A DNA stretch of 64,000 nt from a virus. The notes beneath the pieces are model-generated. The model was given only the letters and a program-made list of their open reading frames with translations. It was not told the DNA's origin and did not search any database. Below, one piece after another: positions 27,743 to 36,506 of the stretch (position 1 is its first letter; each line of letters begins with the position of its first letter). The stretch lies in IMG/VR virus record IMGVR_UViG_3300037851_000572, positions 1 through 64,000 of that record. One strand, written 5' to 3'. The translations under genes were made by a program, and so were the position numbers.

Positions 27743-28213
27743 TCAGAAGTCGTGGCGATAGCTGAGCGGTCCGATGTTACCGGACACACCAAACGTGGTG
27801 CTGGCTCCCGGGGCAGAGGGCTCCTTCAGCGTACCCGTGAGGATGGTCCCGGCGCTCTCCGGACTCTCCATCATCCGTCGCATGAGCGAACCGGCGACGA
27901 TAGGGTCCCGCCCGTACGTAGGGTTCAGGCGCCGGATGGAGCTGTAGCTGGCGTTGAAGAAGCGAGGGTTGCCCTCCTGATGCGGAGCCAGGTCAGGGTT
28001 CAGCTCCATCATCTCCTTGAAGTCGTGCCGCTTCCTGCCCGCAGAGATGAGCTTCTGCGCGCCCACTCCCACCCCAACCATAGCGGCGGCGCCCAAAGCT
28101 CCTGTCGCACCGTGAAGCATGGAGGACCCGAGCTCCTGCCCTGCTTGCCCAAGCATGGAGCCGAAGTTCAGCGCTTCCTTCGCCATCAGTGCTTCGTCGA
28201 GTGGATTGCCCAT
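27743..28213 (-). CDS. Hypothetical protein with a glycine-zipper segment
   Basis: Contains GATGALGAAAMVGVGVGA. TGATG coupling. Confidence 0.6.
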   Translation of the reverse strand: MGNPLDEALMAKEALNFGSMLGQAGQELGSSMLHGATGALGAAAMVGVGVGAQKLISAGRKRHDFKEMMELNPDLAPHQEGNPRFFNASYSSIRRLNPTYGRDPIVAGSLMRRMMESPESAGTILTGTLKEPSAPGASTTFGVSGNIGPLSYRHDF

Positions 28214-30606
28214 CAGAATCCTCCCTGCTGCATCAGTCGTGCCTCTCGCTGCTGGTACGGCAGCGAAGCCGGAGCGAGCCGGCTCAGAGCGAAGTTCTTG
28301 GTCTGCTGGTACGGACGATTGTACTTGAGCCGGTCGTGCGCCTCATCGGCGAGCAACAGCCCGCCCGTTATGCCGCCGGCAGCAGGCGTCGCTCTGGTGA
28401 CGGTGTTCACCACGCTCCCGATGCGCGCTGCTGTCTCCGGGTTGTCCGTCAGGACAGCGCGGGCGGCGCGCTCGGCGCCACCACCAAGCACGTCACCGGC
28501 TCGGTTGGCTCCCGACTGCACCGCCCGGATGGCTTTTGGGATGAGGGCCGCCGCTTCCTTCAGGAAGAAGTCGAGGCGGCTGCGCTCCTGGATGAGCTCC
28601 TCACGCGCCTCCCTCGTCTCGGCCAGCTTGCCCAGCACCATGCAGTAGTCCGCCATGGTGCTGATGAGTGGATGCTCCGTGTTGACCATGCCCACGTGCG
28701 CCGTCTTCTCGAGCGAGGCGCCGATGGCGTCCAGGCTGTCGAACACCCCCTCCTCCTGAAGACGGGGTCCGATGTGCAGGAAAGCGGTCTTCACGTACTC
28801 CGCCGAGGGCACCACCTGCTGCCACGCAGCCAGCACCTGACCAAGGGAAACCCCGTCGAGCGCAGCGACCTTGACCTCCTGGTACACAGCGTCGAGCGTG
28901 TCGAAGAAGGCGGTCTCCAGCGCGGAGAGCTCGCTCGTCATGTGGTCGGCGGCCCCTGCCAGCTTCTCCCGGAGCTCGAGGCTGTCCTGCAGCGGCTCCG
29001 CGTAGGGATAGGGCTCGTCCACCGCCGAGAAGGCCTGCTCGAGCATCGTCTCCGCCGGGTAGAAGTCGAAGGCTGCGGCCAGCGCCATCTTCGGCTCCTC
29101 CGGAGCAGCTGCAGCAGGGGCAGGCTGTGGTGCCTGCGCGCCAGCCCGACTCTGCATCAGCTTCATATGCTGCGCCATCAGCTTCATGTGCTCCGGCAAC
29201 GGGTCGTACCCGGGCTCCCCCGGCGGGGCGTTCGGGTCCATCACACCAGGACCAGACGAGGCGAGCTCGCCCCCCGTGCCCCCCATCATGGAGCGCGTCT
29301 CGTCGCTGAGCGAGGGTTGCTGGGGAACGATGCCCGGGTCCACCGGGATTTCGGCGTACTTGTGCACGACGGGCTGCCGCCCGGTCATGGCGCTGAGCAT
29401 GTGCACCTGGACCTTTCTCTGGTGGTCCCCGAAGGGGTCGAAGCCTGCGTAGGGCGGGACTTGGTACCGCTTACGCGCATCTGAGGACATGTCGTCGAAG
29501 ACGTCGTTCATCGTGGCGACGCCCATACGAGCCGCCGCCGCCGCCTTGAGAACCTCGCCCGCTACCGGAGCCGCCGCCGCAGCTTGTGCTGCCGCCCGCT
29601 CCTTCTCCGCCTTATCCCTCGCCCTATTCTCGAGGTAGTCGTCCAAAGCCACCGCGCCCACCATACCCGCGGTGAGGGTGCCCGCCATTCCCAACGCCGC
29701 CACGTTCCGGGAGGCACGGACCCGCCTGTCAATCTCATCCTGAAGGTCGCGCGCGCGCGCGCGCTCGGCGAAGTAATCGTCCTCGTCTGGGCTAAACCGC
29801 GACCTCCGTGAAGCAGGTCGAGCCGCTGCCTCCGCCCGAACCTTCTTCGCTCGACCAGGATTGGGATTCTCCCCTGCCGCCCTCCTCTTCTCCAGCTTCT
29901 TCTGCGCCCCCATGCGGAACGCTTCTGTCTGCGCCCCCTCCTCCGACACAGGAACGCCGAGCCGCCCTTGACGACTAGTGCGTGCCCGCAGCGCATCCTT
30001 CAGGCGGGTCACACGCCCTAGTTGTTCCGCGACGTCCGGCGCATCTTCCACGGGCATAGGAACACCAGAACGCCTCACGCGCATACGATGCGTGGGGGCG
30101 CCCTTCACTGCCCCGACAAGTGCGCGCTGAATGCGGCCCTCACTGATGGCTTCCTTATCGAGCCCTGCGGTCTTCTCCAGACCGAGCTTGTGCGCAGCTA
30201 CCCGGTTCTTCTCCAGCAGGGAGGCGGTCTTCGGAGCTTCAGGGTCGTAGGAGTAGTCCGCGGACCCACGGTCGAAGACGCTGCCACCTCCGCCATCGTT
30301 CAGGTCGTGCAACACCTCAGCGGGGCTCGCCGGTCCACCGTGGAACTCGATGTACTTGTGCGCAGCCCCCTCCTTGCCGAACTCGGACAGGTAGGCGTTG
30401 ACGTTCGCGAACTCTACAACCCGACGCACCTGCTCAGGGCTGAGGCCGGCGTGCTTGACCGTGTCGACCACCGCTTCGTTCAACGTCGCGGCTCTTCCGC
30501 TGGCGTACTTCTTCGAAGCCGACTTGCCCAAAACCTCGAGCTCTTCCCCGGACTTGGGCACGGCGTGGCTCTGCTGAAGGAGGGCGATGGATGGTAGCTC
30601 GTGCAT
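28213..30606 (-). CDS. Large hypothetical head-module protein (797 aa)
   Basis: Start set to MHELPSIA (AAGAGG RBS; alternative GTG at 30630). Contains GKLAETRE and a C-terminal Gly-rich segment. Confidence 0.65.
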   Translation of the reverse strand: MHELPSIALLQQSHAVPKSGEELEVLGKSASKKYASGRAATLNEAVVDTVKHAGLSPEQVRRVVEFANVNAYLSEFGKEGAAHKYIEFHGGPASPAEVLHDLNDGGGGSVFDRGSADYSYDPEAPKTASLLEKNRVAAHKLGLEKTAGLDKEAISEGRIQRALVGAVKGAPTHRMRVRRSGVPMPVEDAPDVAEQLGRVTRLKDALRARTSRQGRLGVPVSEEGAQTEAFRMGAQKKLEKRRAAGENPNPGRAKKVRAEAAARPASRRSRFSPDEDDYFAERARARDLQDEIDRRVRASRNVAALGMAGTLTAGMVGAVALDDYLENRARDKAEKERAAAQAAAAAPVAGEVLKAAAAARMGVATMNDVFDDMSSDARKRYQVPPYAGFDPFGDHQRKVQVHMLSAMTGRQPVVHKYAEIPVDPGIVPQQPSLSDETRSMMGGTGGELASSGPGVMDPNAPPGEPGYDPLPEHMKLMAQHMKLMQSRAGAQAPQPAPAAAAPEEPKMALAAAFDFYPAETMLEQAFSAVDEPYPYAEPLQDSLELREKLAGAADHMTSELSALETAFFDTLDAVYQEVKVAALDGVSLGQVLAAWQQVVPSAEYVKTAFLHIGPRLQEEGVFDSLDAIGASLEKTAHVGMVNTEHPLISTMADYCMVLGKLAETREAREELIQERSRLDFFLKEAAALIPKAIRAVQSGANRAGDVLGGGAERAARAVLTDNPETAARIGSVVNTVTRATPAAGGITGGLLLADEAHDRLKYNRPYQQTKNFALSRLAPASLPYQQREARLMQQGGF

Positions 30607-30641
30607 CAGAACCTCTTTCGGGCGTGCCACAAAGAAGTACC

Positions 30642-31367
30642 ATGTGGCGAGAGAGCATGGGAAGAGAAGGGCTAGTCACCCGCGGCCAAGCCGCGAAGAT
30701 ACTGGGGGTATCTCCCCGCCACGTGTCCCGCCTGGCGCGTAGTGGAAAGCTGACTCGTACCTTCGAGGACGGCCAGCCCATCGGCGGAGAGGAGCTGTTC
30801 TCCGAGGAGGAGGTCAGCGCCTACGCCGAGCTGAGGGAGAAGGGTAGCAACCCCGCCGAGGTGGCGGCGATGGCACAGCAGGCCTGGGCGGCAGCCCGAG
30901 CGGCCCAGCGCAGGGTGGAGCTTCTCGAGAAGCTCCTGGGGCTGAATGTCTCCCCACTGGAGAACTCGAGGGAGGCCATCCTGGCCCTCCGCGCCCTCGC
31001 CGAGGAGGACCTCGGCAGGCACATCAACGGTGAAGCCAAGGTGAACTTCTGGGCCGACCAGCTCTTCCGTATGTGCGACATCTACATCGAGGACGTGCGG
31101 GAGCAGGGCTTCGAGGTGCCGTACGAACCCTACCTCTCCCTGTGCCACCAACTGCTCATCGCAGAGGACCACACGGACGACAACCCGGTGAACAAACTGG
31201 CGTACAAGCGCTTGCGCCTGGCGCGGGTGAAGTTTCGGGAGAGCATCTTCACCTACTACCTGCGGACCGAAGGCAAGAAGCGCGCGCTCGCCCGCTTTCC
31301 CTCCGAGTTCCAGGGACTGCACTACGACGTCATGATGCTGGCTACGACAGCTAGCTCTGGTCGATAG
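30642..31367 (+). CDS. Helix-turn-helix (MerR/excisionase-type) DNA-binding protein
   Basis: VTRGQAAKILGVSPRHVSRLARSGKL. ATG at 30642 (alternative 30657). The 3' end overlaps the TerL 3' end by 17 nt. Confidence 0.65.
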   Translation: MWRESMGREGLVTRGQAAKILGVSPRHVSRLARSGKLTRTFEDGQPIGGEELFSEEEVSAYAELREKGSNPAEVAAMAQQAWAAARAAQRRVELLEKLLGLNVSPLENSREAILALRALAEEDLGRHINGEAKVNFWADQLFRMCDIYIEDVREQGFEVPYEPYLSLCHQLLIAEDHTDDNPVNKLAYKRLRLARVKFRESIFTYYLRTEGKKRALARFPSEFQGLHYDVMMLATTASSGR

Positions 31368-34300
31368 GCCCCGGCCACTGCTTCTTGCGCCGGCCGTGCG
31401 CGTCCTCGGTATCGGGGAGGATGATGTCCGGTCGCGGGTGGTCCATCATCGACGCTAGCCAGCAGTAGAGCAGCGCGTGGAAGCTGTCATCCGGCTTGTC
31501 CACTCCGTGCTTGTACTGAATCATCCGCAGCTGCTCATTCATCTCACTGAAGATGTTGAGCATGTCCTGCCCGTGCGGCTGCAGGAACTCCTCGATGCGT
31601 GGGAACTCGCACTTGCCCTGCTTGATGGCGTTGAAGATGTCGCTCATCACCTCAGTGCGCGCCACCTTGTACCGCTGCAGCCCCTTGTCCCAGACAATCT
31701 TGCCCTTGGTGCTACGCGCCAGATACTGGAAGCGGCGCAGGCGCTGGGTACCGAACTCCTTCAGCAGCTTGTAGTTCCGGTCGAAGCCGCCACCGTAGTC
31801 GGAGCCAATGAAGCGCACGTTGAAGTAGCGGACGAGCTCGATGATTCGAGTCATCTGCACTTCGGGGTCTTCCTCCTCCCCCATAAACCGATGGGCGAAG
31901 AAGATGCGGAACTTCATGTCGATGTACGTACCGAGCACGATGACCGTGTAGGTGTGCTCACCGGTTCCGTAGTCGATTCCAGCGTAGATGTGCTGGGCGT
32001 GCCCAAGAGCTCGGTACGTCTCGAGCTCCGCCTCCTTCATGCTGAGCTGCGGGTTGCACACAGCCTTCAGCTGCCCGAGCGTCAGCGGCCGGAGGCCTGA
32101 GTCGTACGACAGCCCGAGACACTCGTTGTAGAACTTCTCCCGAGCGTAGTGCTCGTAGTTGTAGAGGATGTCGTGCTCCCAGTCCACCCAGGGCACCATG
32201 AGCTGAGGGATGCGGTAGCTCTCCCACTGTGCGCTCTGGACCATGAACGCCCACTGCGCGTCCGGGTGCATCGGGTTGATGGGGCGGTGGCACTTCTCGC
32301 ACACCAGCCCCTTCTTACCGATGTTCTTCTCCCCCAGGACGTTCCAGAACCGTCCCGTCTCCCCGCCGTGGGCATCGCAGGGAACCACCCACTCCCCCTG
32401 CGTGCTCATGTTGGCGCGGTAGTACTCGAGGTGGTTGTCCAGGCTCTTAGGGGTGCCCGCGTACACCTGCCGCTTCAGGTGCTTAGGGGAGTGGCTCAGG
32501 CACTGCTCGATGACTGGGACGTTGTCCTGCAGCACGTCCTGAAACTCGTCCATCTCGAGCATGTTCGCCGGCACACCTCGAGTACGGTCAGCGTTCAGGT
32601 ACGCGTACCGCAGAGTAATCTTCGACCAGTTGACGAACTGCTTCTCGAAGATGTTCTGACTGAGCATGCTCGTCGTGAACTTCTTCAAGACAGGACTGGT
32701 CTCTAGGGGCTCCTTGATGCGGTCGTTCGAGAAGGTCTTCGTCTGCGTCGCCGATGGGCTGACGTAGAGCACCTTGAACTGGGGGATGAGACTCATGTAG
32801 CAGAGCCCGATGTTCCCCAGCAGGGTCGAGTTGTGGGTGATGAACCCATCACAAACGAAGTTGTGCGTCCCCTCCACCTCGAAGTCGACGCAGTCCTGCT
32901 CCCCTATATCCTCAACTTTGACGACCCGGTCCCAGTACACGTCGGTGTCGAGGTGCTGGGCCAAAGACTCAACCAGGTTCTGGTCTACCCCAGGCAGCTG
33001 ACGTAGAACGCTCACGTAGCTCTCTAGCTTACCCCTGGTCAGAGGATACTTTGGCTGCTCACGTAGCCCAAACGAGCGCATGCTGTAGGTAGCGTTGCGA
33101 CCCGAGCGCTTGGTCGACCTAGACGATGTCATCCTCTTGATGACGTCGCCGACTTCTTCTGGATACGTATCCCGATTGTTGTTCTCGGACGCGTCGGGGA
33201 TATGAACACCTTCAGATTTACCCAGGCAACTAACCTCCGTTAGGAATCGACGAACTCCTTCCTGCGTCTCCACCCGTAAGATGTAGGCGTACTTGAGCTG
33301 TCCGCGCTTCTTGTAGATGTTGGGCCAGTTTCTTCGTATGCGGGAGGGTATGCCGAACTTCCAGAGCAGGGACTGAACGTCCCGGACAAGCTGCCGGGAG
33401 ATGGAGCAGTACTCCAGCGAGTACTTGCTCCTGCTGTTCTGCTTGACGTGCCCATCCGTAGACCAAAGCCGGTTCAAGAACAGGGCCGTATGCTCCCGGC
33501 ACAGACTGAACACCCAACGCGGTACAACTTTGGTAGCGGAGCGCCTGCCCCTCAGGTCGTCAGCTTCAAACCAAATCGCCACGCTACTGTTCCAGCCAAA
33601 GTGAACCGCCTTAGCCTCCGTGCCCTTCTTGTCGTAGACGCAAGACTCCACACCAAAGTCCGACAGCAGGGACAGAAACTCAGCTAACTTTGGACCTGGG
33701 AGGGATGTGAACGATAGCTTCCTCCCGAAGTGACCGTCCCCCAACATGTACGCCAACAACTTAATGCGCGCACTGCTCGCAGGTGTTGAGGAGAACTCCC
33801 CAGCCCGTCGTACGACCGCAAGACGGTCCCCTAGCCGCACCTCGCCAGCTTCCCGCCAGCTATCCCAAATCCGCATGGGGTGGGTTGTGGCCACGTCGCA
33901 CACGTGCCCCTGCCTGGTAGTAATCCGGACGCAAGGCTTTCGGTATACCTTGGACACCCAGGAGACCCTTCCAGAGGTCATTGCGTGCCCTCCCCCGGGA
34001 ACATCCAAGGTAGCGACAGCATCCCCCAAGCGAACGTCCCCGGCTAGACAGCGCGCACCATCGGACAGAAGAACGTTGCTGCTAACCACAACGGTCTTCT
34101 CCACCTGCCTCGCGCAGAATAGGAGCAGGCGCTTCGCCGGCGTGTCATAGCAGCGGACCATGTGCCGCCGCCCCTCGAACGAGAACTTGTCGATGACTAC
34201 GATGGCGCTCTCTTCACCCTCGGCATCCACGGTCTTCTCGACGCGCGGCATCCGGAACGCGTACTCCGTGAACTGCGAGGGGCGCAGCGCCGGAAGACGC

Positions 34301-34455
34301 CCCACGTCAGCGTCAGCCAGTCGCTGTACTAGCGGCTCCTCACTGGGCACTTCCCCGGGAGGGGACCACACCCTATCCTCCGCCCAGGTGTCATCCCAAT
34401 CCTCATCTTCGTAGAGGAGCTCAGCCGCCATGTTCCCCCCCGCTGCTGCTGACAT
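31351..34455 (-). CDS. terL: Terminase large subunit, interrupted by an intein
   Basis: P-loop FCARQVEK[T/S]; Walker B-like NMLEMDEFQD; nuclease-domain Asp blocks IYAGIDYGTG and FIGSDYGGG. Alternative start ATG at 34431. Confidence 0.9.
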   Translation of the reverse strand: MSAAAGGNMAAELLYEDEDWDDTWAEDRVWSPPGEVPSEEPLVQRLADADVGRLPALRPSQFTEYAFRMPRVEKTVDAEGEESAIVVIDKFSFEGRRHMVRCYDTPAKRLLLFCARQVEKTVVVSSNVLLSDGARCLAGDVRLGDAVATLDVPGGGHAMTSGRVSWVSKVYRKPCVRITTRQGHVCDVATTHPMRIWDSWREAGEVRLGDRLAVVRRAGEFSSTPASSARIKLLAYMLGDGHFGRKLSFTSLPGPKLAEFLSLLSDFGVESCVYDKKGTEAKAVHFGWNSSVAIWFEADDLRGRRSATKVVPRWVFSLCREHTALFLNRLWSTDGHVKQNSRSKYSLEYCSISRQLVRDVQSLLWKFGIPSRIRRNWPNIYKKRGQLKYAYILRVETQEGVRRFLTEVSCLGKSEGVHIPDASENNNRDTYPEEVGDVIKRMTSSRSTKRSGRNATYSMRSFGLREQPKYPLTRGKLESYVSVLRQLPGVDQNLVESLAQHLDTDVYWDRVVKVEDIGEQDCVDFEVEGTHNFVCDGFITHNSTLLGNIGLCYMSLIPQFKVLYVSPSATQTKTFSNDRIKEPLETSPVLKKFTTSMLSQNIFEKQFVNWSKITLRYAYLNADRTRGVPANMLEMDEFQDVLQDNVPVIEQCLSHSPKHLKRQVYAGTPKSLDNHLEYYRANMSTQGEWVVPCDAHGGETGRFWNVLGEKNIGKKGLVCEKCHRPINPMHPDAQWAFMVQSAQWESYRIPQLMVPWVDWEHDILYNYEHYAREKFYNECLGLSYDSGLRPLTLGQLKAVCNPQLSMKEAELETYRALGHAQHIYAGIDYGTGEHTYTVIVLGTYIDMKFRIFFAHRFMGEEEDPEVQMTRIIELVRYFNVRFIGSDYGGGFDRNYKLLKEFGTQRLRRFQYLARSTKGKIVWDKGLQRYKVARTEVMSDIFNAIKQGKCEFPRIEEFLQPHGQDMLNIFSEMNEQLRMIQYKHGVDKPDDSFHALLYCWLASMMDHPRPDIILPDTEDAHGRRKKQWPGPIDQS
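32830..34095 (-). mobile_element. Intein with LAGLIDADG domain (about 422 aa) in the TerL P-loop
   Basis: The C-terminus GFITHN|S (Asn codon 32830-32832) is unambiguous. Block B VATTHPM. LAGLIDADG motifs LLAYMLGDGHF and FLNRLWSTDGHV. The N-terminal boundary, inferred by alignment to the other three inteins, is T121 (codon 34093-34095), which is non-canonical. Confidence 0.8.
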
Positions 34456-34987
34456 CCAAGAAGCGGTGGCCGGCTTGGGACAGAGCCTGGCAAGGGCTGG
34501 TGACCAGCTGCACGGGGACTACGCGGTGTGGGAGGACGAGCAAGGAGAGCACGCGGCCTTTCGCCTGAAGGAGAAGATACCGAAGGAGCTACGGAGGTAC
34601 GTAGCGGACTACATCAAGATGTACCTCTTGGAGTGCGGGTGGCTGGTGATGGGAGAGGTCACCTTCCACGGCTTCAGGGTGGACTTCAGCTTTGTGCCGT
34701 GGTCAGGGCGAGCGCCAACGCCTCGTTCAGACGAAGCTCGAACCCCTCCGCCAGCGCCATCGGCGCCACCGAGTCCCCATACCCCCGAGCTCGAAACCAC
34801 CAGCTTGCCACCTCTTCCGTGTACTTCGCCACGAGGTGCGGGTACTCCGCATGGAAGTAGCTCTTCGCCACCGGGCTCAGCTGGTCACGGAACGTCTCCA
34901 GCCAGAAGGACTCCCATTTCCGCTGAGATGTGGCATCTCCTTTTTTCGCAGCCTCCACCGCCACCTTTGGCAGGAAGAACTGGATGA
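34430..34987 (+). CDS. Possible small plus-strand gene; only the first 90 or so codons look coding
   Basis: High GC3 and a natural-looking sequence (KEKIPKELRRYVADYIKMYLLECGWLVMGEVTFHGFRVDF) up to about 34703. After that the frame reads antisense through gene 34686..35168 with no stop until 34987. Confidence 0.35.
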   Translation: MFPPAAADIQEAVAGLGQSLARAGDQLHGDYAVWEDEQGEHAAFRLKEKIPKELRRYVADYIKMYLLECGWLVMGEVTFHGFRVDFSFVPWSGRAPTPRSDEARTPPPAPSAPPSPHTPELETTSLPPLPCTSPRGAGTPHGSSSSPPGSAGHGTSPARRTPISAEMWHLLFSQPPPPPLAGRTG

Positions 34988-35168
34988 CCAGGTCCCCCGC
35001 CACCACGCCGTGCCGAGCTGTGAAGTAGGTGTACGCCTTCTCCTCGAACTTGGGGATGGCGCTCTCCACATCCGACGCCGTGCTCTCCCGCCCGCTCTCC
35101 TGTCCCAACAGCCCTACGGCACGCTCTGGAGCCACCTCGCCCAAGGACACCTGCTTCTCGTTAGACAT
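34686..35168 (-). CDS. Hypothetical 160-aa protein (small-terminase candidate by position only)
   Basis: Start trimmed to MSNEKQVSLGEV. Overlaps the stop of the upstream gene. Confidence 0.55.
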   Translation of the reverse strand: MSNEKQVSLGEVAPERAVGLLGQESGRESTASDVESAIPKFEEKAYTYFTARHGVVAGDLVIQFFLPKVAVEAAKKGDATSQRKWESFWLETFRDQLSPVAKSYFHAEYPHLVAKYTEEVASWWFRARGYGDSVAPMALAEGFELRLNEALALALTTAQS

Positions 35169-36087
35169 CGTGCGCCTCCTTTGCCGACAACGGCTGAACG
35201 TCCACGGTGTGCGCACCTGCGGACAGCTCTCCGATGTGCGGGGGTGTTGTAACGTCCGTCTGCAGCGCCAGCTTCTGCAGCTCCCGCTGCAGGTCCGCGT
35301 CTGGCGTGCCCATGTTGGTCAGTAGCTCGTTCGTGATGTTCGCCGCGGTCATGAAGTCGCGAGCTTCCATCGCGCTGCGCGAACCACCAATCATGGCGGC
35401 GGAGTGCGCCTGCATCATGCACAGCGCGCGCACGGAGGCGGCCAGCTTCGACAGCTCGAGCGTGCTGGGCAGGTTCCCCATCCGCATCTGATTCAGCAGG
35501 CTTGCCAGGGGGCGCACTGGGTGATTCGCCACCAGGCGCCTGGCGTCCCTGAACCCTACCTTCTTCAGCGCCCCACGAATCTGGTCCTCGTACTCATCCG
35601 AGTTCGGGTCCACGAAGTCCGTGCGCAGCTGCATCAGCGCGCGCATCTCCGTCTCGTCCACCCGGTCCGTGTCGAAGAAGAAGCAGCGGTAGCGCTCGAT
35701 GGTCTTCGTAGTGCAGAGGCGCCCCGCCCCCCGCATCCGGTGCGCGATGAGCCCAGGCGGGTCGTCCGTGATGAGCATCGACTCCATGACCTCCTTGGCC
35801 TTCGGGTCGTCGAGGATGGAGAACGCCTGCCCCATCGCCTCATCTGGGTAGAACAGGTAGTAAAACCTGTGCGCCGTGAGGAAGTGCAGGGAGGTACGGT
35901 GCCCCTTGTCAAACGGACGGAAGGGTACTGGAGGATGCAGCTCCCGCCGCAGCCGGTTGACGTAGGAGGGGCTGAGGAAGTCTAGCTGCTTCAGCTGCAG
36001 CATGCCCACGATGGTTTCATCGCCGTACCCATCGGGGTGGACAATCAGGTACTGGATGTAGAGCTCGGCGGGGGAGTGCCGAATCAT
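35161..36087 (-). CDS. Hypothetical 308-aa protein
   Basis: ATG start and clean protein-like composition. No recognisable motif. Confidence 0.6.
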   Translation of the reverse strand: MIRHSPAELYIQYLIVHPDGYGDETIVGMLQLKQLDFLSPSYVNRLRRELHPPVPFRPFDKGHRTSLHFLTAHRFYYLFYPDEAMGQAFSILDDPKAKEVMESMLITDDPPGLIAHRMRGAGRLCTTKTIERYRCFFFDTDRVDETEMRALMQLRTDFVDPNSDEYEDQIRGALKKVGFRDARRLVANHPVRPLASLLNQMRMGNLPSTLELSKLAASVRALCMMQAHSAAMIGGSRSAMEARDFMTAANITNELLTNMGTPDADLQRELQKLALQTDVTTPPHIGELSAGAHTVDVQPLSAKEAHDV

Positions 36088-36125
36088 GCACAGAAAGTGG
36101 CCGACTTCGGCCCCCGGGTCAAGAG

Positions 36126-36506
36126 CTAGTCGTCCGCAAGAGCGCCGATGGCGGCTCCACCAAGCCCCAGCGCCCCCAGACCACCAACTACTCCACCCAC
36201 AACCCGGGTGCCCTTCACGTGCGACTTCTCCTTCTCCAGAGCAGAAGTCAGGTGCTCCTTACGACGCTCGGCGGCGCGCATCTTAGCCACCGCATCCCCG
36301 CGCGACTTGTGGAGCTTCCTCGGCAGCGCGCTGAAGTGTCCCGCATGCCGTGCCCGAACAGCGTCCATGCCCTTCAGCTCCCGCTCCATCGCTCTGGCCC
36401 GGGAACCCGTGAGGCCTTGGAGAACACGCCCGAGCCCCCTGGCCTTACCGACCCCGGCTGCCTTCTCAATCTCCAGCAGTTCACGAAGTGTGTGCATCTC
36501 ACCCAT
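36126..36506 (-). CDS. Small basic protein with a C-terminal glycine zipper
   Basis: Start MGEMHTLREL overlaps the upstream stop. C-terminus VVGGVVGGLGALGLGGAAIGA. Confidence 0.55.
   Translation of the reverse strand: MGEMHTLRELLEIEKAAGVGKARGLGRVLQGLTGSRARAMERELKGMDAVRARHAGHFSALPRKLHKSRGDAVAKMRAAERRKEHLTSALEKEKSHVKGTRVVGGVVGGLGALGLGGAAIGALADD

Noticed and set aside
29590-29625. A minus-strand GGGATAAGGCGGAGAAGGAG resembling the promoter-like motif, inside gene 28213..30606.
   Set aside because: It lies in coding sequence (encodes RDKAEKER), on the opposite strand to all other copies, and differs at key positions. Probably coincidental.
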